From positions 19,069-83,068 of the IMG/VR virus record IMGVR_UViG_3300028895_000881: DNA of 64,000 nt; one strand, given 5' to 3'. Of this stretch, positions 9,092-17,724 are shown piece by piece. The translations under genes were made by a program, and so were the position numbers. Position 1 is the stretch's first letter. Each line of letters begins with the position of its first letter. The DNA comes from a virus. The notes under the pieces are model-generated. The model was not told where the DNA came from and made no database searches. It worked only from the letters and a program-made list of their open reading frames with translations.

Positions 9092-9456
9092 AACACCACC
9101 ACCGTCTCGAGCCATGCAAGCACGCGGCTGAAGTCTCCGTGCGTGCGGATCACACGACCGTCCTCCATCACCATGATGGCCGGGTTGTTGACGAGGTGGG
9201 GCTTCGTGTCTTTGTAGCCCTCGGTCCAGTATTGGATACCGATTTCCAGGGCTTCGGTCTCGACACCACACTCGACCGTGATCTTGGTGAAGCGATCGTC
9301 CTGGACCTCTCGGACGATCTTCTTGTAGGGCCCCGGACCATCACACCGAGCGGAGAGGACCTCGTCACCTTCGGTCAGACACCACTCTCGTAGCTTGCGG
9401 TACTCCGCAAACCAACGAAGGTCCTCGGAGATGTGCTTGTGGTTCGTGTTGCTCAT
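9088..9456 (-). CDS. hypothetical protein
   Basis: 122-aa ORF with AGAGGA RBS and GTGA coupling to pspC. Confidence 0.7.
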   Translation of the reverse strand: MSNTNHKHISEDLRWFAEYRKLREWCLTEGDEVLSARCDGPGPYKKIVREVQDDRFTKITVECGVETEALEIGIQYWTEGYKDTKPHLVNNPAIMVMEDGRVIRTHGDFSRVLAWLETVVVL

Positions 9457-9467
9457 CTGACTATCCT

Positions 9468-9641
9468 CTACTCGAACAGCATTCCAAATTCGGGTTCAGG
9501 GAGCCCCAAACGCTTGGCCTCCGCGCGTTCCCGGCGCATGTAATCCTCGACCCACAGGTCTCAGTAGCGCTGCACCAGGAAGAGCACATGGCCCGTCCCC
9601 AGACTCCACAGGAGGCCGCAGAAAAAACCGGCCACGCTCAC
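9468..9641 (-). pseudogene. small membrane-protein gene with an internal TGA (pseudogene or readthrough)
   Basis: GTG start overlaps the ligA stop; reads MSVAGFFCGLLWSLGTGHVLFLVQRY*DLWVEDYMRRERAEAKRLGLPEPEFGMLFE*, filling the gap between ligA and the next gene. Confidence 0.4.
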
Positions 9642-11581
9642 AGCAGCGCCTTCGCTTCCTCGAGGCTGATCACCTCGACACCCAGGTCTCGAGCCTTCTT
9701 GGCCTTCCCGCTGGTGCTCTTGGGGTCCTTGGCGACGAGGTAGGTCAGCCCCTTCCCGACACTGCCCTTGACGGCACCCCCAGCGTCCTCGATCTCGGCC
9801 GCGAACGCCTTGTCTCGGATGCCGGTGAAGCAGAACGAGAGACCCGCCAGCTTGCCTCCAGACACGGGAGCCTTGACCTTGACGCCGGCCGCCAAGAGAT
9901 CGTCGATGACCTTCTTGCGGCGACGGAAACCGTCTACGAAGGCGACCGCCTTCGTCTCACCCACACCCGGGACTTGAGCGATGTCGCCCACGGAGGCGTC
10001 CTCCATCTTCTCGAGCGTGTCGATGCCTGCGTCTACGATGAACTTGCACATGGACTGTCCCCACAGGTCGATGCCCAGGGCTCCTACAAACTCATGTACG
10101 CGGAGCTCCATTTTCGCCCGAAGATTCTTCATGACCTTCTTGGCGGTGCTCTTGCCGACCTTCTTGCCGGAGAGCGTGACGGCGGCGAGCTTGTCCTCGT
10201 CGAGCCCGTAGAGGTCGGACACGGACTTGACCATGCCGTTCTCACACAGGGCCTCGATGAGAGTGTCGCCCCAGTCCTTGATGTCGAGCTTCTTGACCCA
10301 GCGCTTGATGGCGCCGCTCTGCTGTGCCGGGCAGCGAGCACTGTTGTCGCACAGCAGGTACTCGCCCTTCATCTTGAGGCGGTTGCCACAGGAGGGGCAA
10401 TCGTGGGGCACGGCGAAGCGGGCGTTCTTGGAAGGCGTCAGGACCTTCTCGACGTAGGGGATCACGTCGTTGCGACGGGACACCAGGATCTTGTCGCTGA
10501 GGCCCATCAGCTTCTGCGGGCTGTCGGCCGCGAGCCGGTGGATGTTGCTGACGTTGTGCAGCGACGCCTGACTCACGGAGGCACCCGCGAGCTCCACGGT
10601 GTCGAAGTAGGCCACCGGCGTCACGCGGCCGGAGTTGCCCACCTGCCACACGATCTCGCGGAGGCGAGTCGGCTGCTTCTCGTGGGGGAACTTGAACGCA
10701 CGAGCACCCTTGGGCCGACCGTCGTGCTCGCCCAGGTGCTCCATGACCGTGAGGTCGTCGTGCTCGACCACCAGACCGTCGATCTCGTAGTCGAGGCCGG
10801 CACGGGTGGTGTTGATGTAGTCCTGGTACATGGAAGCCACGCCCGAGGGCTTGACACGCTTCCAGTTGGGCACCGTGAAGCCCAGCGCCTTGAGCAGCTT
10901 GAACTCGACGCTCTTGGCCGTGATCGGATGCTGCCGGGAGAGCACCTGGTAGCAGACCACGGTGAGGTGCTTGCACGGATCGGCATCGGACTCGCGCTTG
11001 GCGATGCCGCTGGCTGCGTTGCGCGGGTTCTTGTACTCCGGAACGTGCTTCTGGTGGTCGGACTTCTTGAGGATGATCTCGCCACGGATGAAACCCGTCA
11101 GGTCACGGGCATCCTTGACGACGCCCTTCATCAGCAGGACGTTGCGGGTGATGTCCTCGCCCGTCTCACCGTCGCCGCGAGTGACCGCCTGGACCAGCTT
11201 GCCCTTCTCGTACTTGAGACTGATGCTGATACCGTCGAGCTTCTCGCTGACGACGAGATCGCGCTTGGCCTCCTCGAGATCACCGGCACGCTCGCCCTTG
11301 GCGATCTTGTCTTCGGTGTCCTTGGCCCACTTGTCGAACTCTTCCTGGTTCTGGACCTTGAGGAGGGAGCCCATCGGAGCGCCGTGCTTGACCTTCTTCC
11401 ACTTGGTCGTCTTGGTCTTGGCACCGACCTGCTTGAAGAAAGCGTTCTTGGGGTCCAGCTCCCGGAGCTCATCCTCGAGCGCGTCGTACTCGGCGTCCGA
11501 CATCACCGGGGCGTCGTTGTAGTAGGCGTCTCGGGCCTGCTGGAGCTGCTCTACAAGGTCTTGAATCTCACGGTCGCTCAT
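9638..11581 (-). CDS. ligA: NAD-dependent DNA ligase
   Basis: YYNDAPVMSDAEYD, EKLDG adenylation motif, TRGDG, RNAASG, DGLVV, WQVG..GRVTPVA, zinc finger CPSC...C...C, HhH repeats and C-terminal BRCT (FCFTG). Start could be 11596. Confidence 0.97.
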   Translation of the reverse strand: MSDREIQDLVEQLQQARDAYYNDAPVMSDAEYDALEDELRELDPKNAFFKQVGAKTKTTKWKKVKHGAPMGSLLKVQNQEEFDKWAKDTEDKIAKGERAGDLEEAKRDLVVSEKLDGISISLKYEKGKLVQAVTRGDGETGEDITRNVLLMKGVVKDARDLTGFIRGEIILKKSDHQKHVPEYKNPRNAASGIAKRESDADPCKHLTVVCYQVLSRQHPITAKSVEFKLLKALGFTVPNWKRVKPSGVASMYQDYINTTRAGLDYEIDGLVVEHDDLTVMEHLGEHDGRPKGARAFKFPHEKQPTRLREIVWQVGNSGRVTPVAYFDTVELAGASVSQASLHNVSNIHRLAADSPQKLMGLSDKILVSRRNDVIPYVEKVLTPSKNARFAVPHDCPSCGNRLKMKGEYLLCDNSARCPAQQSGAIKRWVKKLDIKDWGDTLIEALCENGMVKSVSDLYGLDEDKLAAVTLSGKKVGKSTAKKVMKNLRAKMELRVHEFVGALGIDLWGQSMCKFIVDAGIDTLEKMEDASVGDIAQVPGVGETKAVAFVDGFRRRKKVIDDLLAAGVKVKAPVSGGKLAGLSFCFTGIRDKAFAAEIEDAGGAVKGSVGKGLTYLVAKDPKSTSGKAKKARDLGVEVISLEEAKALL

Positions 11582-11689
11582 GGCTATCAGATGCACGGAC
11601 TCCCCGACCGTTTTACACAGCCAGGGGCAGAAATCGCCGAAAAGGCGGTTGGTCGCTGTTCTGGCCTCCGCGCTTTTTGCGCGGAAACG

Positions 11690-11977
11690 TCACTCTTCCA
11701 CAGGATCGGACAAGTTGGGTGTCGTCAGGTAAGACCCGTTACCGATGGTCCACGATACCTTGGTGAGCCATTCCTGGTCCTCGCAGGCGTTGAACAGGTC
11801 CTCCGACCGCAGGTAGTCGAAGACCTGGAGCCGCTCGGTACGAGCGGCCTGTTGCCACAGGCTGAAGAGCATCTCGACAACGGGCTGTTCTTTCTCGAGA
11901 GCCCGGTCGGTTCGCTCGGCACCAAAGACCTTGTCCAGCGCCTCGACGAATTTGTACGGGTAGTCAGACTCCGACAT
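11690..11977 (-). CDS. hypothetical protein
   Basis: 95-aa ORF overlapping the upstream gene end. Confidence 0.6.
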   Translation of the reverse strand: MSESDYPYKFVEALDKVFGAERTDRALEKEQPVVEMLFSLWQQAARTERLQVFDYLRSEDLFNACEDQEWLTKVSWTIGNGSYLTTPNLSDPVEE

Positions 11978-12554
11978 GTTCTGGTGGACTCTCCTTCACT
12001 GACGACTTCTCCGCGTCGTCCATGACCCACCAGTGCGTGTCCTGCTTGTCGAGGTTGTAGGGCGTGTGATTCTCATCATCGTCGTAGCTTCCATACCAGG
12101 GGCAGTTGCCGTTCACGGAGGTCTGGTTCCACCCCACGGCGCGCCAACCCTTCTCCTCGCGCTCCCCGTCGAGCTTGCGAAGGTAGTTGGCCTGCCGGTC
12201 GAGGTGGAAGACACGACCTTCGAGCGCAGGCTTGTACTCGGCGAAGAAAGTTTCCATCGCCTCGGCCACCTTGGCGAAGTTCTCGGCCTTCACCATCGCG
12301 CCATCACAGGTCGTCAAGAGCACGATGCGCTCCCAGGAGTTGAGGCGATCGGTCTTGAGCAGATCGAAGAGCTTCTTGTAGCCCTCCATCATGCCGCCAG
12401 TGCCGTCACCGTACTCGGGGACGTACTTGGCCGAGAGCGCCATCCACACGGCCATGCCACCGCCCCAAGAGTTAGAGATCTGGAAGACTTGATGGATGTC
12501 GCCATCGGCGCCCACGGGGAAGAGTTCAGTGTAGCTCACACCTTTTCTACCCAT
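11964..12554 (-). CDS. hypothetical protein
   Basis: 196-aa ORF with codon usage like its neighbours; alternative GTG start at 12539. Confidence 0.7.
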   Translation of the reverse strand: MGRKGVSYTELFPVGADGDIHQVFQISNSWGGGMAVWMALSAKYVPEYGDGTGGMMEGYKKLFDLLKTDRLNSWERIVLLTTCDGAMVKAENFAKVAEAMETFFAEYKPALEGRVFHLDRQANYLRKLDGEREEKGWRAVGWNQTSVNGNCPWYGSYDDDENHTPYNLDKQDTHWWVMDDAEKSSVKESPPEHVGV

Positions 12555-12599
12555 ATTTTTACGAAACGTAGAACAGGCCGTAGGAGGTGCCAGAGGAGC

Positions 12600-13127
12600 C
12601 TATTCGGACTGATCCCCGCCAAATTGCCGAAAGAACCGAGAGGCGCCCCCGGTGTCCCCGTAGGTGACCACAGGTGTGCCCTCTGGGCGGCTCTCGGCCC
12701 CGTAGGCCGACGCCCGGTTGCCCCCTTGGTCCTTCGAGCTCGAACGCTTCACGGCCCCTGTGCCGCTCGTGAGCTCGCCGCTCTGGCGGTCCAGGGACGC
12801 CACTGGACACTCAGGCTCGCACTCCCAGTCGGGGATGGTCCCCATGCCATCCTCATCGGCGTAGGTCATGTTGGGCATCGTCTTCTTCTCGGTCTCCGAG
12901 AAGATAGTCCGGCCGCCGCTGTTCTCTCGGTGCGCCGTCCCAGTGGGGACCTTCCGTTCGCCAACGATCTTGCACCCATCACGGTGCGTCAACATCACGT
13001 TCGGAGGCCATCTCTTCTTGTCCCCGATGCGGGCGGCATCAATGTTGAGCGCACCCGCTTCGTACTCCACGACGTTCCTCGTGGTGCTCCCCTTGAAGGG
13101 CTTTCGAGCGATGGTGATAACGCGCAT
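12600..13127 (-). CDS. stand-alone variable-region module of a phage amino-DNA methyltransferase (no catalytic or SAM motifs)
   Basis: ITIARKP...NVVEYEAGALNIDAARIG...RWPPNV...GASRFF matches the middle segment of phage N4/N6 MTases; paralogous to the N-terminus of 13127-14314. Confidence 0.75.
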   Translation of the reverse strand: MRVITIARKPFKGSTTRNVVEYEAGALNIDAARIGDKKRWPPNVMLTHRDGCKIVGERKVPTGTAHRENSGGRTIFSETEKKTMPNMTYADEDGMGTIPDWECEPECPVASLDRQSGELTSGTGAVKRSSSKDQGGNRASAYGAESRPEGTPVVTYGDTGGASRFFRQFGGDQSE

Positions 13128-14314
13128 CAGAGCTCGAACAAGTCCTCGACCCCGATGGGGCCTTCGTCCTCTTCTTCAGCCTTCACGTCGGAGACAATCT
13201 CGACCCCATCCCAAGCACACACAGCGCGGTCCCAATGCCGCACTCGCTGGTCCGCGATAGTCAAGTAGCTCTCGCTCTGCTCGATGCCGATGAAATCGTG
13301 CTTCGTGTGCAGGGCCGCGATACCCGTCGTCCCAGAGCCCAGGAAAGGATCGACCACCGGACCTTGATCCGTTGGGAGGTTTTGCAGGAGTGCTTGCATC
13401 ACCCCAACAGGCTTGACCGTCTCGTGGCTGTTCTGCACGAACCGACCCGTGGCTTCATCCTCATGCTGTTCGACTCCCGCGTGCCGTTCCTTACCCGAGG
13501 GCTTGGCGACGTAGTAGAAGTCATCCGGCTGATCGAGCAGCGCCACCGCGTCTCGGATCTCGTACCCGAAGTCCTCGACGGAGCACGCACCCGCGTAACC
13601 CGTGGGCTCATCTTCAGGAGAGATGAGAAGGAGGTGCGCTCCCGGACGAAGCACTCGGTCGAGCTCTTTCATGTAGGGTCCAGGGTCGCCCACCGTCACC
13701 ACCCCGTGCACGGTGCTGTCGTCGTACTCAGAGAAGCCCACGTCCTCGAGACTGTCTCCGACGATGAGCACGGGTTCGCAGCCGGGCGGCGGAGCGATGA
13801 GCGTATACAGGTAGTCCCAGAGCTCCTCGGGGAGATCGTTCATGGTGTTCCTCTGCGCTTGTTTGAAATACCGACCCTCGAGGGGGCCCAAGACCGTGTG
13901 CGGGCACCCTTCGGCGCACTCCCACATGAGGAGCTCCTCATCCGGGAACACTTCGGTCTCGAACTCATGACCAGCCCCCCCACCGAAAGGTTTGGCCCCA
14001 TCGACGAAACGGTTGATACTATAGCCCCCGATTGTTCGCGTTCCTCGAAGTTGACACCCAGGTCGGTGCATAAGGATCGCGTTCGCGGGCCAACGACCCC
14101 GTCGGTCACCGCCGCGAGGCCCGGGGGTTGCAGCGAAGTTGGTACTCCCACGCTCGGTGTACCGACGCGCCTGGCTCTCTTCCCCTTGACGTGATCCACC
14201 TTTGCCAGGGCGCAGCCTTGAGCCATCGATGTTCAACGCCCCAGCCTCGTACTCGACGACATTGTGCGTCGTCCCGCCTCGACACGGCTTGCGACTGACG
14301 GTGACGACCCTCAT
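13127..14314 (-). CDS. DNA methyltransferase SAM-binding subunit (variable module + degenerate catalytic half + intact motifs X/I)
   Basis: NSHETVKP and VVDPFLGSGTTG...FIGIEQ; degenerate motif IV (TVGDPGPY); RVLRPGAHLL and GYEIRD segments. Confidence 0.85.
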   Translation of the reverse strand: MRVVTVSRKPCRGGTTHNVVEYEAGALNIDGSRLRPGKGGSRQGEESQARRYTERGSTNFAATPGPRGGDRRGRWPANAILMHRPGCQLRGTRTIGGYSINRFVDGAKPFGGGAGHEFETEVFPDEELLMWECAEGCPHTVLGPLEGRYFKQAQRNTMNDLPEELWDYLYTLIAPPPGCEPVLIVGDSLEDVGFSEYDDSTVHGVVTVGDPGPYMKELDRVLRPGAHLLLISPEDEPTGYAGACSVEDFGYEIRDAVALLDQPDDFYYVAKPSGKERHAGVEQHEDEATGRFVQNSHETVKPVGVMQALLQNLPTDQGPVVDPFLGSGTTGIAALHTKHDFIGIEQSESYLTIADQRVRHWDRAVCAWDGVEIVSDVKAEEEDEGPIGVEDLFEL

Positions 14315-14532
14315 AGCCCCTTGATGCCCTCAAGGAACTCAGCCCGGTTGTAGCGGTTCCACAGGTCTTTCAAAACTTTGCCGCGCCAAACGATGATCTC
14401 GGAGTTTTGGACGATGCCGCCTGGAATGGGAGGCCACCCGTCAGCCGGCTGCACGTGAAGCGGAATGCCAGGGTCAGTCACTCGCCACGATCCACGAGCG
14501 CAGTAGTAGACGCGGTTGTCGTCCTCCATCAT
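14311..14532 (-). CDS. small hypothetical protein inside the MTase cluster
   Basis: ATG 14532 overlaps the upstream stop, and its own stop overlaps the next start (ATGA on both sides). Confidence 0.55.
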   Translation of the reverse strand: MMEDDNRVYYCARGSWRVTDPGIPLHVQPADGWPPIPGGIVQNSEIIVWRGKVLKDLWNRYNRAEFLEGIKGL

Positions 14533-16148
14533 GATGGCTTCCTCCCAACAACGACGGGCTCCCACGCGGGCTTGAGCGCAGTGCCGTACCCGTCCCAGAG
14601 TTTGGCTAGTTCCGTCGCCGGCACCGTGATCGGCACGTCCACCGCGACCTGCTTGGCCCCTGTGCCGTAGGCACCCACGCCCTTGCCACCTTCGTCGGTC
14701 GTCTTGCGGACATGCTTCTTGCCGCGCACGAGATCGTTGAGGTTGTCTCCTCCAACCCCACGCTTGTGGCCGATGACTTCTCGTGTGGCACCGGCTTGCT
14801 TGTCGATACGCTTCGAGATGTTCGTGGATTTTGGGAAGCCGCTGTTGCCGGTGATGAAAATACGACCATTACGCCGAGCGACGAAAGCACCCGTCGGAAC
14901 GCGCACACACCACACATTTCCTACGTATCGTTGCCGATCGTGTTTAGTAAGGTGACGCCGCTGAAGCTGTGTCTGTGGGTTCTCATGGAGACTCACACAG
15001 TTCTTCTTGTCATTGATACGTGCCTGCCAGCCCATCATGTGGACGAGGGTTTGATACCACTCCCGGTCTGCTGGATCTTTTTGATAGAACTGCTTGTTGA
15101 CTTCGGACCCATCCCCGCACAGGGCCGTCCACATGAACACGTCTTTCTCCTCCAGGGTCATGCGCCAGAGCAGGTCATAGGTGGGGTGTTTATTGGGAAG
15201 GTCCTTGCGCACACGATCGGCCACGTCACCCGTAAAGAACCACGTGTGCTCGACGTAAGGGCGCCCGCGATAGCTGCGCTCCCGGGTGTAATGCTTGTGT
15301 CCGGGCACGAGCCGTTTCAGGAGAGTATCGATCATGTCCACGTGTTCGTGACCTTCACCTCCGACGCGAGTGCTCTGGTAGATACGAACCCCGTTTCCAA
15401 TTTGGTCGAACCCACCTTCGGTCCAGATCCACGCGAGAAGTTCGGCGTAGTGCGGGGTCTCATCAAGACCCGGACCTTCGTGGTACCCCGATAAAGGAAG
15501 ATTAATGGGGTTCCATCTGTTGATCTCTGCGGCTTCTACCACCGACCAGCTAGGCTCAAAAAAAGCCACACGGATACCATCCTGCACCTGCCGGATACGG
15601 CTTCGTTTGTAGACCCGGTGGTTCGGCGTGAGCATCTGGTCCGTGTTGTCGTTCACGAAACACACCATTTCACCGTCAAAGGGCGCGAGCGTTTTCTCTT
15701 CCACGGGCATCAGTGTGAGGACCTCCGTGTTGGGGTCCCAGCACATAACACGTTCACCCTGTTGCACCTGAGTTCCGAGTTTCCACCCCATCTCAGTCAA
15801 GATTTCAGAAGACTCATCAAGGCACCCGTAGACCCATGCCTCGAGTCGCACATCCTCAAACTGAGCTTGCTTCACGGCTCGCACCATCTTGTGGAACGTG
15901 CGGGTCCCTCCAAAAGCTTTGATGATGCCGTCGGGTCGGAGCTTGGACTTGACCAGGTCCCAGAACTTCACATCGAAAGCAATTCCGGTCGCATCCCACT
16001 CCTTCCCCATGAACCCCTTGCCCGAGGACTGCGTGAGGTCGTAAGGAGGATCGCAAACAAAGGCGGCCACCGACCCGTCCTCGAGCTCTTCAAGCCGCTC
16101 GCGACAGTCTCCCAGCATCAGCCATACGTAGCGTTTCATGTCAGTCAT
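14529..16148 (-). CDS. DNA amino-methyltransferase catalytic N-terminal half, intein-containing
   Basis: LGDCRE, CDPPY (motif IV), FMGKEWD, AFGGTRTFH, WVYG/SGFPKS; ends GTALKPAWEPVVVGRKPS with no FxGxG motif. Confidence 0.9.
   Translation of the reverse strand: MTDMKRYVWLMLGDCRERLEELEDGSVAAFVCDPPYDLTQSSGKGFMGKEWDATGIAFDVKFWDLVKSKLRPDGIIKAFGGTRTFHKMVRAVKQAQFEDVRLEAWVYGCLDESSEILTEMGWKLGTQVQQGERVMCWDPNTEVLTLMPVEEKTLAPFDGEMVCFVNDNTDQMLTPNHRVYKRSRIRQVQDGIRVAFFEPSWSVVEAAEINRWNPINLPLSGYHEGPGLDETPHYAELLAWIWTEGGFDQIGNGVRIYQSTRVGGEGHEHVDMIDTLLKRLVPGHKHYTRERSYRGRPYVEHTWFFTGDVADRVRKDLPNKHPTYDLLWRMTLEEKDVFMWTALCGDGSEVNKQFYQKDPADREWYQTLVHMMGWQARINDKKNCVSLHENPQTQLQRRHLTKHDRQRYVGNVWCVRVPTGAFVARRNGRIFITGNSGFPKSTNISKRIDKQAGATREVIGHKRGVGGDNLNDLVRGKKHVRKTTDEGGKGVGAYGTGAKQVAVDVPITVPATELAKLWDGYGTALKPAWEPVVVGRKPS
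14844..15824 (-). mobile_element. intein in the methyltransferase (327 aa, divergent LAGLIDADG region)
   Basis: Starts CLDESSEILT, block B TPNHRV, ends FITGN followed by Ser+1; removing it restores WVYGSGFPKS. Confidence 0.9.
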
Positions 16149-17724
16149 TCAACCCCAGGTCAGGGACAGGCTGCTTGCTTTTCTTCTTCCACTTCTGCTT
16201 CTCATCGTCCTCACCGCCCTTCGCGTCCTTCACCTTCTGATCGATTTCCTCGATACTGGTGTTGTCAGTGAGCAGACGCCGGCAAGGGAATTCTACCCGC
16301 ACAGGGACGCGATCGAAGGGCTTTTGGTCGCGCGACTTGAGGCACTGGAAGATCGCGCGGTTGAGCTTGCGAAGTTCGTCGTCCACCCAGGACGATGTGA
16401 CGATGTCCGAGGAGCGCTCGGCCTCGTTCGCGTAGCTGAGGTGAGTGAGGTTGTACCGGCCGCCGTTCTTCTCGGCCGATCGGTAACCCTCACGACTGAT
16501 CTGAAAAAGCCCAACGACGGCGATGCCCATGCCTCGGTTGAAACCCATCGCCACCTGCTTGAGGTCCTTCATGACCTCGTTGAGCTTGTCGGTGGTGCTG
16601 CTGTACCGACCACGGGCATCCATCAGACCAAGGTGATCCACGAAGATGGTCGAGAACGGAGTCTTGGCGAACACGAGCTCGGCCTGCGATTGAAGGTCGT
16701 CAATCGTGAAATCCCGCTTGTCCGGGTTCTTGTTACGGATGTGGATGTCACCGTAGTCCTCTGCCTGCACCGCAGCAGGCCCTGTCGCCGGCACCGTAGT
16801 CTTCTTGTTGAAGTCGGGGACGACATATTCACGCAGGAACTGTTCTTCGGCAGGGCTGAGTGTCGCGGTCTTGATTTTGTCATAGTCGAGACCGATGTAG
16901 TCGATGCCAAGCTGCTTCCGAACGTCCCGGAACTTCTCATGCGCCGAGTGCATCGTGTAGATCAAGTTGCGCACCTGCACGTAGGGCATCTCGATCGAGA
17001 AGTAGACGGAACTCGAGCGGTAGTAGATGGCTTGCACGTAGGCCCAGTGAAGGGCGAAGGTAGACTTGAGGCCGCCGGTGTATGCGGTGTGCAGCCAGAG
17101 CTCATACTTCTTGGCACCCTTGAGCACCGAGTCGATCTGACTGATGCCGCACATCTGACCGATGCCGTAGAGAGGATCCGCCTTGATACGGTCGTAGCGG
17201 TCGAGGAAATCGTCCTCGTCCTGCATAAGGTTGCCGGACAACTTCGACCCCAAGGTAGGCGCGATGATGTCGTGGCTTCGGTCAAGAGCGTGACGCATCG
17301 CATCGATGGCGCCTTGGAGTTTTGTAGATTGCCCCTTGGTATCCTTGACTTCGATGCCCGTCTGGACGATCTGCGCCATCTCTTTGGCGAGGTCCATGAC
17401 GATGCGGTTGCGGCGGTCGGTCGCTTTCTCCTCGAGATAGGTGAGGAAGTCACCTCGCGTGCGAGGCTTGAGCTGCGCCACACGTTCGATGCGGTCCACG
17501 ACATCCACCTCGTGGACGGTCGTGAAGTGAGAGCGCACCGTTTGAACCTCGGGCACGTGCCCGTGGGACTTGAAGAAGTCCGTGATGAACTTCCAGATGA
17601 TGTTGTCCTCGGGGGTATCGAACCCAAGGCCGCTCTCGACGAGCGCGTGATAGTTTTGGGCAAAGAGCTCAGGCTGATCCGTCGTCGGGTCAGCCACAAA
17701 ACAGGACCGAAGAAGGTTCTTCAC
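16141..17724 (-). CDS. DnaB-like (SF4) replicative helicase
   Basis: Variant Walker A AYTGGLKST, YFSIEM, IFVDHLGLM, FQISRE, ERSSDIV. Confidence 0.88.
   Translation of the reverse strand: MKNLLRSCFVADPTTDQPELFAQNYHALVESGLGFDTPEDNIIWKFITDFFKSHGHVPEVQTVRSHFTTVHEVDVVDRIERVAQLKPRTRGDFLTYLEEKATDRRNRIVMDLAKEMAQIVQTGIEVKDTKGQSTKLQGAIDAMRHALDRSHDIIAPTLGSKLSGNLMQDEDDFLDRYDRIKADPLYGIGQMCGISQIDSVLKGAKKYELWLHTAYTGGLKSTFALHWAYVQAIYYRSSSVYFSIEMPYVQVRNLIYTMHSAHEKFRDVRKQLGIDYIGLDYDKIKTATLSPAEEQFLREYVVPDFNKKTTVPATGPAAVQAEDYGDIHIRNKNPDKRDFTIDDLQSQAELVFAKTPFSTIFVDHLGLMDARGRYSSTTDKLNEVMKDLKQVAMGFNRGMGIAVVGLFQISREGYRSAEKNGGRYNLTHLSYANEAERSSDIVTSSWVDDELRKLNRAIFQCLKSRDQKPFDRVPVRVEFPCRRLLTDNTSIEEIDQKVKDAKGGEDDEKQKWKKKSKQPVPDLGLND

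Noticed and set aside
11630-11652. Hairpin AATCGCC-GAAAA-GGCGGTT upstream of ligA as a terminator
   Set aside because: The stem is short, has a mismatch on the transcribed (minus) strand and lacks a convincing U-tract.
12600-16148. Split-intein trans-splicing as the link between the MTase pieces
   Set aside because: The intein in gene A has both termini in cis, and genes B and C do not start with intein C-terminal motifs.
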